Part shown: piece after piece, positions 40,251 through 49,082 of the stretch
Layout of the letters: each line of letters begins with the position of its first letter
Numbering within the stretch: the stretch's first letter is position 1
Source: an uncultured Candidatus Saccharibacteria bacterium
GTDB taxonomy: Bacteria; Patescibacteriota; Minisyncoccia; Phycocordibacterales; CAIZLB01
Reading direction: 5' to 3'
Length of the DNA: 53,765 nt
NCBI GenBank assembly: GCA_964367655.1
Contig: CAYIYJ010000001.1
Coordinates: 1-53,765, forward strand
Made by a program: the position numbers and the translations under genes
Notes under the pieces: model-generated
The model's input: only the letters and a program-made list of their open reading frames with translations
Told to the model about the DNA's origin: nothing
Database searches by the model: none

Positions 40251-42563
40251 TTACAACTGACGAGTAAAGGGATTATCAGTCATAGGTTTATATTCGTCAA
40301 CCAGAGGATCTCCTTTATACCTTACCTGATTAAAGCCAACAGCCACACAGTCATCACCGCCAGTATGACCATCAACTAACACGCCGTCTACCATTCTCAA
40401 ATATTTTAACCCTGACTCACCCTGAGTTGGATCTTCCACAATAAACATTGTACCTTCATATGTAGACATATCGTTCTTCAGCAATGAATCAACCTCATCC
40501 TTTTCAAGAGGGCGGAGTCCTAATTTGTTAAGGTTAGACAAAACCTCCTCACTAGAGAACTCTTGATATTCTTCATAATCCCCTGCAATATTTTGAGCCT
40601 CTGTGATACAAAATGGCAAGGTGAGAACTTCACAAGTTTTACCACCTGTAGTAAATGTCCTGGATCTAATTACAGATTGTATCGCTGTTCTCAAACCACA
40701 GTCAAAAAACTTAATTGATGCATTCGACGGAAAAGTACTAAAATAATTCCTACGGAACTTTGAGAATTCAGTCTTAAGGACAGGGCCTCTATGCAGTAGT
40801 GTTTTAGTGTCAGGACTCAAAGGATCTAAACCACAAAAAGAAACTGAATTTCTTTCTGCTTCATCTAATTTTACCCCCCTGAAGATTTCAGGTAAAACCA
40901 ATCGTGATGCTGTAGATAAATTTTGCAGGTCAAGTATGCCGTGAATTTTTTTTGGCAAAACAATATCAGATTCGTCTTCGGTACAAATTGACAGCCCCCC
41001 AACCTCCTCTGACAAAGTAAGATCTTTTACAGATTCAACTTCTAAAATTAACATCCTGCCCACTTTTTGTGGAAGTACAATACTTTCCAAAGAACCTTTT
41101 TTATGCAAATGGACATCACTTTTCGCATATTTCGGCAAGACTGGCCTACTATCAAAATCCCAGTTATCCTCGTCCAAATCGACAGTAGTGTAGATGACGT
41201 CTTTCGCAATCAAATCTTCAGATGAAAGGGCAATTTGATTTTGATCACAGTCCAAAGCTTTTGATAATTCTGTTCTCAGACCAAGTCTGACCGCCAATAT
41301 TTCTGATATTCGCGGATCAGTCTCATATCCAAAACCTTGAATTGGCCCATTGAGTTCAAACAAAAACTCAACTTCATCGAAACTTAATTTCGAATCACAT
41401 ACGATCTTTTCTTTGGTATTTTTATCAACCTTAAAACATTTTTCATAAATCGCCGTCAACATTTTCATATCACGATCAGCTTTCTCATATTGTTCCGCAC
41501 CATCCAGTTTAGAGTAATGTTCTTTCGCGATATCAATCAGCACAGGCTCAAGAGCTTGACCGGGATCAACCCCTCGTATCTCAGCAACGTTTTGCACATT
41601 ATTATAATTTTCCATTCTCACTGCAATTCGAGGTTCAGTTGGAATACCAGCCTTGTTTTTTGTATAGAACACATGAAAATCACCAGAAGCAAGTTGTCCT
41701 TCTGCTGATCCTGAAGCTGTACACCAACCCGTACCCTTACCCTTAAGCCCTCTTTCTAGTTCTCTATAATCAGAACCTTGAGGATATATCACCCATTCTC
41801 CCTCTAGTGATTCACGATCAAGATTTCCAGCACATTCAACTTGAGCAAAGGCATACAGTTTGGAAAAGTCTTTTGAGGCAAGTCTTTTATCAAGCTCTTT
41901 TTCTAATTCATCCTTTCTCTCAGTATTCAATTCTAAACCCTCTTTCTCGAGTTCACCTATCAGCGCTCTGAATACGAACCTTAAAGATTCTGCATTTGCC
42001 TCTGGAAAAGGAGCAACTGTCTTTTCTGTTCTTGTAGAATAGCTCATGCTACCACGATTGAATTGACCCATCTTTTTAAGCGACCGGACAACGTAATATT
42101 TAAACCATATCGGATAACCTTCTCCTTCTTTGAGATATGTAATCCACGATTGCAAAGATCTTTTCTGGATTTGAGCCTTCTCAATTATTGATTCCTTGTA
42201 TCGTTTAAAAATTTCTTCACCATCTAACCTTTTGATATCACCACCTCTACCCTGATCGATAGCTATTTTCTTTTCAGATTCATATAAGTCTTGCGCAAGT
42301 GATCTCACAAGATCTTCATCTTGAACATTCAATATATAATCATCGGTGATTGATTCCTCAATCATCTTTACGACAGACGGTCGTTTTTTCATGATCCTAT
42401 CAAGACCTCTGAGATACCGATCGATAGTTGCATGCTTAGATTTTTTTTGAGGCAAATGCTCTTTTTTGGTTGTATATTCAGCCAAAGTCTGAGCTTCTTC
42501 AGATGTATGTATATCTTGGAATTTTTGTCCAAGGAATTCTGTGCCGTTGAAGGATTCTTTCAT
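40251..42563 (-). CDS. large orphan protein, 770 aa
   Basis: Long uninterrupted ORF with a KGTGWCTASGSAEGQLASGDFHVFYT segment. No family assigned confidently. TGaTACAAT lies 9 nt upstream of the ATG. Confidence 0.7.
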   Translation of the reverse strand: MKESFNGTEFLGQKFQDIHTSEEAQTLAEYTTKKEHLPQKKSKHATIDRYLRGLDRIMKKRPSVVKMIEESITDDYILNVQDEDLVRSLAQDLYESEKKIAIDQGRGGDIKRLDGEEIFKRYKESIIEKAQIQKRSLQSWITYLKEGEGYPIWFKYYVVRSLKKMGQFNRGSMSYSTRTEKTVAPFPEANAESLRFVFRALIGELEKEGLELNTERKDELEKELDKRLASKDFSKLYAFAQVECAGNLDRESLEGEWVIYPQGSDYRELERGLKGKGTGWCTASGSAEGQLASGDFHVFYTKNKAGIPTEPRIAVRMENYNNVQNVAEIRGVDPGQALEPVLIDIAKEHYSKLDGAEQYEKADRDMKMLTAIYEKCFKVDKNTKEKIVCDSKLSFDEVEFLFELNGPIQGFGYETDPRISEILAVRLGLRTELSKALDCDQNQIALSSEDLIAKDVIYTTVDLDEDNWDFDSRPVLPKYAKSDVHLHKKGSLESIVLPQKVGRMLILEVESVKDLTLSEEVGGLSICTEDESDIVLPKKIHGILDLQNLSTASRLVLPEIFRGVKLDEAERNSVSFCGLDPLSPDTKTLLHRGPVLKTEFSKFRRNYFSTFPSNASIKFFDCGLRTAIQSVIRSRTFTTGGKTCEVLTLPFCITEAQNIAGDYEEYQEFSSEEVLSNLNKLGLRPLEKDEVDSLLKNDMSTYEGTMFIVEDPTQGESGLKYLRMVDGVLVDGHTGGDDCVAVGFNQVRYKGDPLVDEYKPMTDNPFTRQL

Positions 42564-42587
42564 AATATGGGTATTGTATCAAATTAA

Positions 42588-42718
42588 GCTCTCATACGCT
42601 CTTGTTGGCGGGCCGACTCGTGCTAGAACCGTGGGCGGTTAAGGTCTGTAATGTCCGTTGGGGATATTGTAACATAGCTGACTCGACCCCAATCGGGCGT
42701 GTCAAAAAGTGATACAGG
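42588..42718 (-). repeat. junction repeat, full copy A
   Basis: + strand blocks: ttggcgggccgaCTCGTGCTAGaaccgtgggcggttaag ... gtccgtt ... tcgaccccaatcgggc ... gtcaaaaagtga. Confidence 0.8.
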
Positions 42719-42779
42719 TTGAGGTACTAAGAGTTATAGTTAAATGTCACTTTCTAAGAAACAAAACTGTCCTTTCCTA

Positions 42780-43397
42780 TTAGAACTTCACAGAGCCTTT
42801 AATCTTGTCCAATGCTTCCTGCGATATGCCGATTTTGGTAGCTGGTTCGAAGAATCCGACTACACGAACAGAAGGTACGATAATCATTTCTGCGCCAGTG
42901 TCATTCGAATAGTAGATTCCATTATACTCACTCAGCATCTTTAAGGTATAAGCCGAATTTTTCTCTGGGTTCGCACTGTCATATGCTTGCTGGTTGTCAT
43001 ATCGCACAAGAGAAAGAACTTCTTTGCCGTTGAAATATACAGTTAAACCTTTGGCATCCTTATGTGTTCTTGAAAAATTCGTTGTATATGTAAAATTATC
43101 CGGTACAGTTACAGAAAAGCTATTTACTGAAACAACCTTTGTCTGAGCTGATGGTGTTGTAGAGACCTTTGTAGGTGCGACAATTTGGTTTACAGAGGGG
43201 TCTGTCTGACCAGGAGTGAGAGTAGAAGAGGCTGAACTATTATTCTGTGTATCACGCGTATCACTCACAGTTTCAGAATTCACCATGACATTATCACCAT
43301 TTTGCTGCATATACCAGTATGTACCTCCGATTCCTAGCACAAGAGCAATGATGACTGCGACAATGATTCCAGTAAAACCATTTTGTTTATTTTTCAT
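42780..43397 (-). CDS. secreted/anchored orphan protein with a pilin-like leader lacking Glu5
   Basis: I prefer the start MKNKQNGFTGIIVAVIIALVLG (43397), 9 nt after TGaTATAAT. Confidence 0.6.
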   Translation of the reverse strand: MKNKQNGFTGIIVAVIIALVLGIGGTYWYMQQNGDNVMVNSETVSDTRDTQNNSSASSTLTPGQTDPSVNQIVAPTKVSTTPSAQTKVVSVNSFSVTVPDNFTYTTNFSRTHKDAKGLTVYFNGKEVLSLVRYDNQQAYDSANPEKNSAYTLKMLSEYNGIYYSNDTGAEMIIVPSVRVVGFFEPATKIGISQEALDKIKGSVKF

Positions 43398-43443
43398 AAT
43401 AATCAAATTATATCATTAAATTAAATATACCACTACTATATAA

Positions 43444-43484
43444 CCCCTCTCAGGTGCCCTTGTTGGCGGACCTACTCGTGCAGG
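43444..43484 (-). repeat. junction repeat, short copy
   Basis: The + strand reads cccctctcaggtgcccttgTTGGCGGAcctaCTCGTGCAGg, i.e. only the tRNA-3'-like block and the CTCGTGC block. Confidence 0.6.
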
Positions 43485-43488
43485 TAAA

Positions 43489-44040
43489 TTAACCTAAAAT
43501 ACTCTTCAGATCTAATTCCAGATTTTTGAATAGAATCTTGTTCTTGGCATGTCCTGTAGGGTTAACGGGTGACGGGTGAAAAATTGGAAAAACTTTATAT
43601 GTTTTATTTCCGAACTTAATATTCAAAATTTCTCCCATAACTAAGTTTTGATCAATTATTTTCGATAAAATACTTGTAGTCTGTACGCCTAAAATTATCA
43701 ATAATTCATATTCTTGATCTTTAATTTGTTCTAAAAAAATTGGCCAACATTTTTTACCACAAGATTCAAGCTCTGTTCGTTTTGAAACAAAACACTTTGA
43801 TAGTTCTGTAAATCCACTATTTTCGACAGAAAGACCAAAAGGTTCTAAAAGTTCATTTAACCTCTTTCCTGTTGGAAGTATTTTTCCATCAGGGCGATAA
43901 CAAGCCTTACCAGATAAAATCCAACCATTTGGTGCAGGAGACTCTCCAACAATTAACAACTTTTCTCCTTTTCCCACACCTAGCTGATGAAACTTTTCCA
44001 AAGGAAATTTTTTTATATCGTGACAAACATGATTTTTCAT
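43489..44040 (-). CDS. uracil-DNA glycosylase superfamily protein (family 4/5-like)
   Basis: 183 aa with LLIVGESPAPNGW (motif A-like GE.P.) and FHPSPVNP (motif B HPSP). Confidence 0.6.
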   Translation of the reverse strand: MKNHVCHDIKKFPLEKFHQLGVGKGEKLLIVGESPAPNGWILSGKACYRPDGKILPTGKRLNELLEPFGLSVENSGFTELSKCFVSKRTELESCGKKCWPIFLEQIKDQEYELLIILGVQTTSILSKIIDQNLVMGEILNIKFGNKTYKVFPIFHPSPVNPTGHAKNKILFKNLELDLKSILG

Positions 44041-44050
44041 ATATTTATTA

Positions 44051-44167
44051 TGTCTCGTACTAGCTCTAATTGGCGGGTCGATTCGGGCTGGAACCGTGGG
44101 TGGTTAAGCCCTGCTTAGTCCGTTTTGGATATTTCCATAATACCACATCGACCCCACTCGGGCAGCC
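44051..44167 (-). repeat. junction repeat, full copy B
   Basis: + strand blocks: ctcgtactagctctaaTTGGCGGGtcgattcgggctggaaccgtgggtggttaag ... gtccgtt ... tcgaccccactcgggc. Confidence 0.8.
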
Positions 44168-44179
44168 TAGATTAATGAT

Positions 44180-45127
44180 TTATAGACCGCCTTGCAATCC
44201 AATTTCCGGAAAAGAATTCGAGTCTATTTCCAAATCAGAAATATACTTATGCATGCACGAGAGCATAACTTTTTTTCTCCATTCCCATCGGGCCGAGTAC
44301 ACCTCATCCTTTTCATACGAGAGTGCCCATATCGATTTCAGGAAAATAAAATCATTTTTGAAATCAGAAATATTAGAAATATTGTATTTTTTACACAACA
44401 TGTCAATTTGATCAAAGTAGGACGTAAGTTGTTCATTTGAAAAATCCCATAATTTCATCGTTCCTGAGCCGTTTGGTTTAGGGTGATCCCAAAATTTTTG
44501 GAATACCACCCCTGTAACAATGTCATATCCAAATGGCATCATGACACGAGTTTCAAAATCAATAACTCCACCTTCCATTATATTAAAAGGGGTGAAATCT
44601 CCGTGACTAATCACCACAGGAAGTAAGTTTGTACGTTTTTTAAATTTTTCCATCGCCGTGTTTATAAGATCTTCGGGAAGATCCGGATTCTCGAGTAGCA
44701 CATTTCCTAGTTGAATCGCTTCGACCAACTGAATTGTTTCTAACTCGCGGTTTGAGTTATCAAGCTGAGCAACAGCAAATAACTTTACAGTCTCAGTGAA
44801 CTTTTTAAAAAGATCATCATTTATTTTTCCTATATCCCTGTAATCCGAGGCAAACATTTCACCAAACGTCTTGTTGCCAACCGATGTCTCAACAAAATAT
44901 GAAACTTCTCCATCTATTTCACCCCTCTCTACAGGTGCAGGGATCGGAAAACCAACATGGTACAATTTCTGTGCAAAATCTGCTTCATTTTGAATCTCAT
45001 CTTTTCCACCAGTTCTCAGAATGTACTTCGAATCTTGCGAGCGATAAACAGCGCCCGTCCTTACCAAAGCCCCTCTGTTCTTGATGAGGATCCATTCATC
45101 TAAATTGATCGGTTTTTGATATGACAT
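44180..45127 (-). CDS. aminoglycoside/choline-kinase-like phosphotransferase (APH family fold)
   Basis: ISHGDFTPFNIMEGGVIDFETRV matches the HGDxxxxN ... IDxE pattern. I prefer the start MSYQKP (45127) because the track extension runs into the repeat. Confidence 0.65.
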   Translation of the reverse strand: MSYQKPINLDEWILIKNRGALVRTGAVYRSQDSKYILRTGGKDEIQNEADFAQKLYHVGFPIPAPVERGEIDGEVSYFVETSVGNKTFGEMFASDYRDIGKINDDLFKKFTETVKLFAVAQLDNSNRELETIQLVEAIQLGNVLLENPDLPEDLINTAMEKFKKRTNLLPVVISHGDFTPFNIMEGGVIDFETRVMMPFGYDIVTGVVFQKFWDHPKPNGSGTMKLWDFSNEQLTSYFDQIDMLCKKYNISNISDFKNDFIFLKSIWALSYEKDEVYSARWEWRKKVMLSCMHKYISDLEIDSNSFPEIGLQGGL

Positions 45128-45185
45128 TGAATAATTAATTATATAGTAAATTAGATGGAAATAGCTATTCCTAAAGATAATATGC

Positions 45186-45323
45186 ACCTGAATGGGATAC
45201 CCCACAGAGGCGCCTTAATTGGCGGGCGCATTCGTGCTAGAACCGTGGGGAGCAGGGCCTGTAACGTCCGTTTCGAGCATTGTGGTATGTCGCGGTCGAC
45301 CCCACCCGTGCGGGTTGAAAATC
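45186..45323 (-). repeat. junction repeat, full copy C
   Basis: + strand blocks: cctgaatgggatacc ... ccttaaTTGGCGGGcgcaTTCGTGCTAGaaccgtgggg ... gtccgtt ... tcgaccccacccgtgcggg. Confidence 0.8.
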
Positions 45324-45325
45324 TA

Positions 45326-45877
45326 TTAAATTTGAGACTGTTGTTTTTCTCTAAATTCCTCTGACATCTTTGCCAAAGAATCAAAATCTGTGGCACCAAT
45401 ATCCCAAGAGTCCAACCCTTCTGCAATTATCACTCGCCCATCTTGTTCGATATTTGCATTTTCATTTCTTGCAGATGGATCGATCACTTTCCATTCAACC
45501 CCATTTTGTATTCCAACATACACATGTCCATTGATAGGACGTCCTCCATTCTTAAGCCACGTAAGATCAAGGGTTTCGATATATTTTGTTGGAATACTTA
45601 ATGCCCGGGCAAGTGCTATAAATACAAGTGCATCATCAGTACAACCTGTTACGTATCCATCGGTAATAATTTGAGATGCTGTCCTCTTTCGAAACACTTC
45701 ATTTTTATTTTCAGTTTGATATCTGAGAGTTCTTAAAAACTGAACCATCTGATGAATTTTCTGTTCGGTTGTTCCCTCGAAGGAACGAGCAATTTCAAGA
45801 ACTGCGGGAGTAATCACCGTCTGCTTCCCGGATTCTAAATATTTTTCAAAATTTTCTTGTTTTGGTGATTCTATCAT
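45326..45877 (-). CDS. transglutaminase-like cysteine protease-fold protein
   Basis: GYVTGCTDDALVFIALARALSIPTKYI (Cys), NGHVYVG (His) and KVIDPS (Asp) form a Cys-His-Asp arrangement. Confidence 0.65.
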   Translation of the reverse strand: MIESPKQENFEKYLESGKQTVITPAVLEIARSFEGTTEQKIHQMVQFLRTLRYQTENKNEVFRKRTASQIITDGYVTGCTDDALVFIALARALSIPTKYIETLDLTWLKNGGRPINGHVYVGIQNGVEWKVIDPSARNENANIEQDGRVIIAEGLDSWDIGATDFDSLAKMSEEFREKQQSQI

Positions 45878-45890
45878 TTAATTTTATGAT

Positions 45891-45926
45891 AGCACGAGAC
45901 GACCACCTCTCTCGTGCTAGCTCTAA
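45891..45926 (-). repeat. junction repeat, promoter-proximal part, with a 9-bp hairpin
   Basis: AGCACGAGA-cgaccacctc-TCTCGTGCT (45891-45918), then agctctaa leading into TTGGCGGG. Confidence 0.65.
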
Positions 45927-46077
45927 TTGGCGGGCCGACTCCGACTCGAAGCTTACAGCTTCAGTACACCTTTGCGGTTTGACTCGGACAAACGTCCTCG
46001 CAAACATCGCAAAGCTTTTCGAGTCGGGGAAAAGCTACGCTTTTCCTAACTCTAACATATTGTGGTAACTGCGGGCC
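45927..46077 (-). repeat. 151-bp ORF-less structured unit, copy 1
   Basis: Identical to 49172-49322 apart from 2 mismatches. It is bounded by GGCCCGC at both ends and contains TTCGAGTCGGAGTCGGCCCGCCAA (read on the minus strand). Confidence 0.85.
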
Positions 46078-46189
46078 TATTCGTGCTAGAACCGTGGGTG
46101 GTTAAGACCTGTATAGTCCGTTTCAAGGATTGTAGCATGTCTTAATTGACCCCACTCGTGCGGGTCAAAAAGTGACAAAAGTGACAGTT
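46078..46189 (-). repeat. junction repeat, full copy D (tRNA-like end interrupted by the 151-bp unit)
   Basis: + strand blocks: (gcgggcc)taTTCGTGCTAGaaccgtgggtggttaag ... gtccgtt ... ttgaccccactcgtgcgggtcaaaaagtgacaaaagtgac. Confidence 0.8.
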
Positions 46190-46618
46190 TTAGCTCTTTT
46201 CAAGAAGGCCCTTAATCCCCTTCAAAAACTTCTCACCGTCAGATCTTTTAACTTTGTTTCTCATATCCATCACTTTATCGCGATGACAGCGTCTCAATTC
46301 CTTACCACTACCACAATAACAAGGCCAGTGGCCTTTCACTTTTTTACAAGTGTGATATTCCAGAAATTTTATAATCCCATATAAGTCACTAATACCGAGT
46401 TCTTCCTGATAAAATTCGAGATTACCTTTTATGTTATGACTTCTGGCTTTCATAGTCGGGTTGCCACTTGTTGAATCATAATCAATTTGCCAAACAAAAA
46501 AGCTTTTCACACACGTCTCAATGAATTCAAGAATATTATTTTGAGATGAATAATGCTTATACTCTTCATCTTTCAAGAACAGGCACGCATTTCCGTTCGG
46601 GTAGAAGTGTCTACACAT
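46190..46618 (-). CDS. SEC-C-motif-containing protein
   Basis: 142 aa with HWPCYCGSGKELRRCH, a SEC-C-type metal-binding motif. An in-frame stop lies 9 nt upstream of the ATG. Confidence 0.6.
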   Translation of the reverse strand: MCRHFYPNGNACLFLKDEEYKHYSSQNNILEFIETCVKSFFVWQIDYDSTSGNPTMKARSHNIKGNLEFYQEELGISDLYGIIKFLEYHTCKKVKGHWPCYCGSGKELRRCHRDKVMDMRNKVKRSDGEKFLKGIKGLLEKS

Positions 46619-46895
46619 ACCACCCTATTTCAAACCGTGATCTGAAACATTCTCGATATGTAGATACTGGATTCGGCAGCAGGAAACCTTGATCTCCCGC
46701 ATATTCGCCTATTACCGGGTATCAGCATATCATAATTTATATAAGGGAACACTTATGCAAAGCAACAAAAATAGCCCAAGCACGACATGTGCAAGGGCTG
46801 GAAGTTTTTTAACGCTGTATCTTCCCGAGCGTTTGGCGATAAATCGCCGAAGAGCAAAGTTCAAAGTGACCAAGGAGGTCACAGTGGCAAAGCTC

Positions 46896-47597
46896 TTAGG
46901 GCTTACTTGCGAGAGACAACGCAGGACTGTAGGCACTACGGTCGTAGTCGAGCCAGCTGTAGCTCCAGCCCCACGAACCGCCACCCTGACGATCGAGGTA
47001 CAGGGCACCACGGCGGCCATCGGAGCGCCGCAGAGTGGTACCCAGCAGCTCGAACCAGGTGATACCGAGGGTGTCGAGCCAACGGAGCGTCTTTTGCCCC
47101 TCCTCCTCAAAAAGCGCCTGACCGATGCGAGCATCGGCTTGGATCGCTTTGGCGATGAGGCGGGCGCGCTTTACTTCGCTCGTGACGACTGTTTCCGACC
47201 CTTCGAGTCCTGTCAGGAAGTTTGCTTCTTTGGTCATGCCTCTGAAGTCCACTTCCTTGAGGGCAAGCGATCGCTTGTCCTGTTCCTCGTCACCCTTGAG
47301 ACCGTCACCTTTGGCAGGGCCTTTCCAGATCGTCCAGCCGCTACCCACGAACGTGGAAGGGTTGAATGTTGCGGGAAGGACCAACGGGCCGGTGGGCGGT
47401 TCGACGACAACTTTCACAGGCTCGGGAAGAGCGGGGACCTCATACCCATTGATATGGGCGGTGATCCAAGCGTTGAACTCGGCCGGCGGCAGATCGAGAA
47501 TGAGTTGGGTTTTGTCTTTGTCCCATCCGCTTCGTTCCCCAGCGTTGAGGAAAAGGGCTGCGAATTGGCGATGTTGTTTTTCAGTGGCTTGAGCCAT
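46896..47597 (-). CDS. GC-rich orphan protein, likely horizontally acquired
   Basis: 233 aa from MAQATEKQHRQF; the track ORF extends to 47693. The coding body has ~38 G+C per 60 nt by my counts at 46921-46980 and 47341-47400. The composition is plausible for a protein and is Trp-rich. The hairpin GTGACC-tcct-TGGTCAC follows the stop codon. The overlapping + strand ORF reads as Arg/Ala/Thr-rich low complexity. Confidence 0.55.
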   Translation of the reverse strand: MAQATEKQHRQFAALFLNAGERSGWDKDKTQLILDLPPAEFNAWITAHINGYEVPALPEPVKVVVEPPTGPLVLPATFNPSTFVGSGWTIWKGPAKGDGLKGDEEQDKRSLALKEVDFRGMTKEANFLTGLEGSETVVTSEVKRARLIAKAIQADARIGQALFEEEGQKTLRWLDTLGITWFELLGTTLRRSDGRRGALYLDRQGGGSWGWSYSWLDYDRSAYSPALSLASKP

Positions 47598-47914
47598 TGC
47601 GTAGTCTGGGTTACTAAATCCTTCAAAGTGGTACGTTCCAAGATAGGCTCTTGGAAAATGACGTATCACTCCGAATGTTTTTCGCCTCAGCATTTCACAT
47701 CTTATAAAATAAGATTCAAAATGCTGAAGCGAATTCGCAAGTTATTTCAAGGTACTTTATGCTATATATTATACACCACAAATGCCATATATGTCAATAT
47801 GCGGGTTTTGGGCTAAATTAGCCTGAAAAATAAAGGTATTTTGACGCGACCACACTACGTATTCCCTATTCTGCATAGCTATGCAGGGTTTACAGGTCTG
47901 TCATTAATTAATAT

Positions 47915-49024
47915 ATGCAACAGCTCGGTATAAATGCCCAGATACGGATGGCGGAGATAGTGCCACAAGCAAGAGTGAAGTACTGCCTCTATGCAAGAAA
48001 ATCTACAGAATCGGATGAGAAACAAGCTCTATCAATCGAATCGCAAGTAAAGGAAATGCTGCAGATTGCCGAACGAGATGGTTTGGAAATAATTGATATT
48101 CGAAGAGAATCCCACTCAGCCAAAGATTCAGGCCAACGTCCTGTATATAAAGAATTGTTGGAAGATATACGAAGACAAAGATTCAATGGAATTCTGACTT
48201 GGGCGCCAGACAGACTTTCCAGAAATGCGGGCGATCTTGGATCAGTCGTAGATTTGATGGATCAAGGATTATTATCTGAAATTAGAACCTATGGACAACA
48301 GTTCAGAAATTCACCTAATGAAAAGTTTCTACTAATGATTCTCTGCTCTCAGGCAAAATTAGAGAACGATAATAAGAGCATAAACGTGAAGCGTGGGATG
48401 AGAACTCGTTGCGAAATGGGATTGTGGCCAGGGAGAGCACCGACTGGATATCTGAGTGAAAAGAGGATAGATAGGAAATGTCAGGTATACATAGATCCAG
48501 AGCGAGGCCATATCATCAAGAGCATATTTGAAAAGGTTGCATATGAAAAGTGGACTGGCAGAAAAATAATGCACTGGCTCAAATTCGATCTGAATTTCAG
48601 GACGGCTTGCGGACATAAGCACATGAGTCTGGGTAATATCTACACCCTGCTCGAAAATCACTTCTATTATGGAGTATTTGAATACCCTTCAAAAAGCGGA
48701 AACTGGTACACAGGCAAACATGAACCCCTCATAACAAAAGAATTATTCGAACTAGTGCAATCTCAGATCAAAAGCCAAATCCTTCGCACTGGAGAGCCTA
48801 AAGAGTTCGCGTTCACCAAGCTCATGGCTTGCGGATTATGCGGATCAGGTATCTGTGCAGATGAGAAATTCAAGAAGCTGAAAGACGGATCGGTTAACAG
48901 GCATATCTACTACGCCTGTACCAGAGCAAGAAATCCGGACTGCAAGCGAGAGTACATAAATGAACCCGATTTGATAGAACAATTCATAAGACTCATGGAT
49001 GAGAGTTCATATAAATCATACTAA
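47915..49024 (+). CDS. large serine recombinase, probably C-terminally truncated
   Basis: Resolvase-type catalytic N-terminus (YARKSTESDEKQALSIESQ ... RLSRN), a recombinase domain, and a zinc ribbon (CGLCGSG ... YYACTRARNPDC). It stops ~25 aa after the last Cys. That is where large serine recombinases normally continue with a coiled coil, and all three frames are closed downstream. Confidence 0.8.
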   Translation: MQQLGINAQIRMAEIVPQARVKYCLYARKSTESDEKQALSIESQVKEMLQIAERDGLEIIDIRRESHSAKDSGQRPVYKELLEDIRRQRFNGILTWAPDRLSRNAGDLGSVVDLMDQGLLSEIRTYGQQFRNSPNEKFLLMILCSQAKLENDNKSINVKRGMRTRCEMGLWPGRAPTGYLSEKRIDRKCQVYIDPERGHIIKSIFEKVAYEKWTGRKIMHWLKFDLNFRTACGHKHMSLGNIYTLLENHFYYGVFEYPSKSGNWYTGKHEPLITKELFELVQSQIKSQILRTGEPKEFAFTKLMACGLCGSGICADEKFKKLKDGSVNRHIYYACTRARNPDCKREYINEPDLIEQFIRLMDESSYKSY

Positions 49025-49082
49025 CAGAAATACATAACCCTTAACAGCTTCCCTAACACAATAAAAAATGTGCGGTTTGAGC

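Noticed and set aside
19539-45205. Longest-ORF starts given in the track for thrS (21446), tyrS (21339), miaA (30084), the DUF2238-like gene (31768), engB (31667), the APH-like gene (45205), and the island genes listed at 36465, 37206, 37723 and 43406
   Set aside because: The extensions use TTG/GTG or upstream ATG codons. They overlap divergent neighbours, promoters or repeats and encode non-protein-like sequence. Internal ATGs with a -10 box or SD context were preferred.
45927-46077. Is the 151-bp unit an extra tRNA gene?
   Set aside because: It ends with a T-loop/acceptor-like TTCGAGTCGGAGT.GGCCCGCCA. However, the 5' half of the T stem (AAGC) does not pair, and no D arm or anticodon arm can be drawn. 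It is a tRNA 3' fragment plus unrelated hairpins.
44070-46384. Track ORFs lying on the repeats (44070-44411, 44192-44440, 45151-45426, 45155-45364, 45862-46068, 46172-46384; also 42744-42944)
   Set aside because: They are made of repeat sequence or are antisense to clear genes. They have no start context and read as junk.
46689-47816. 375-aa + strand ORF across the GC-rich block
   Set aside because: It is antisense to the more protein-like minus-strand ORF. Its sequence is Arg/Ala/Thr/Gly-rich low complexity, and it runs through the AT-rich flanks and the terminator hairpins. Long antisense ORFs are expected in GC-rich coding DNA.
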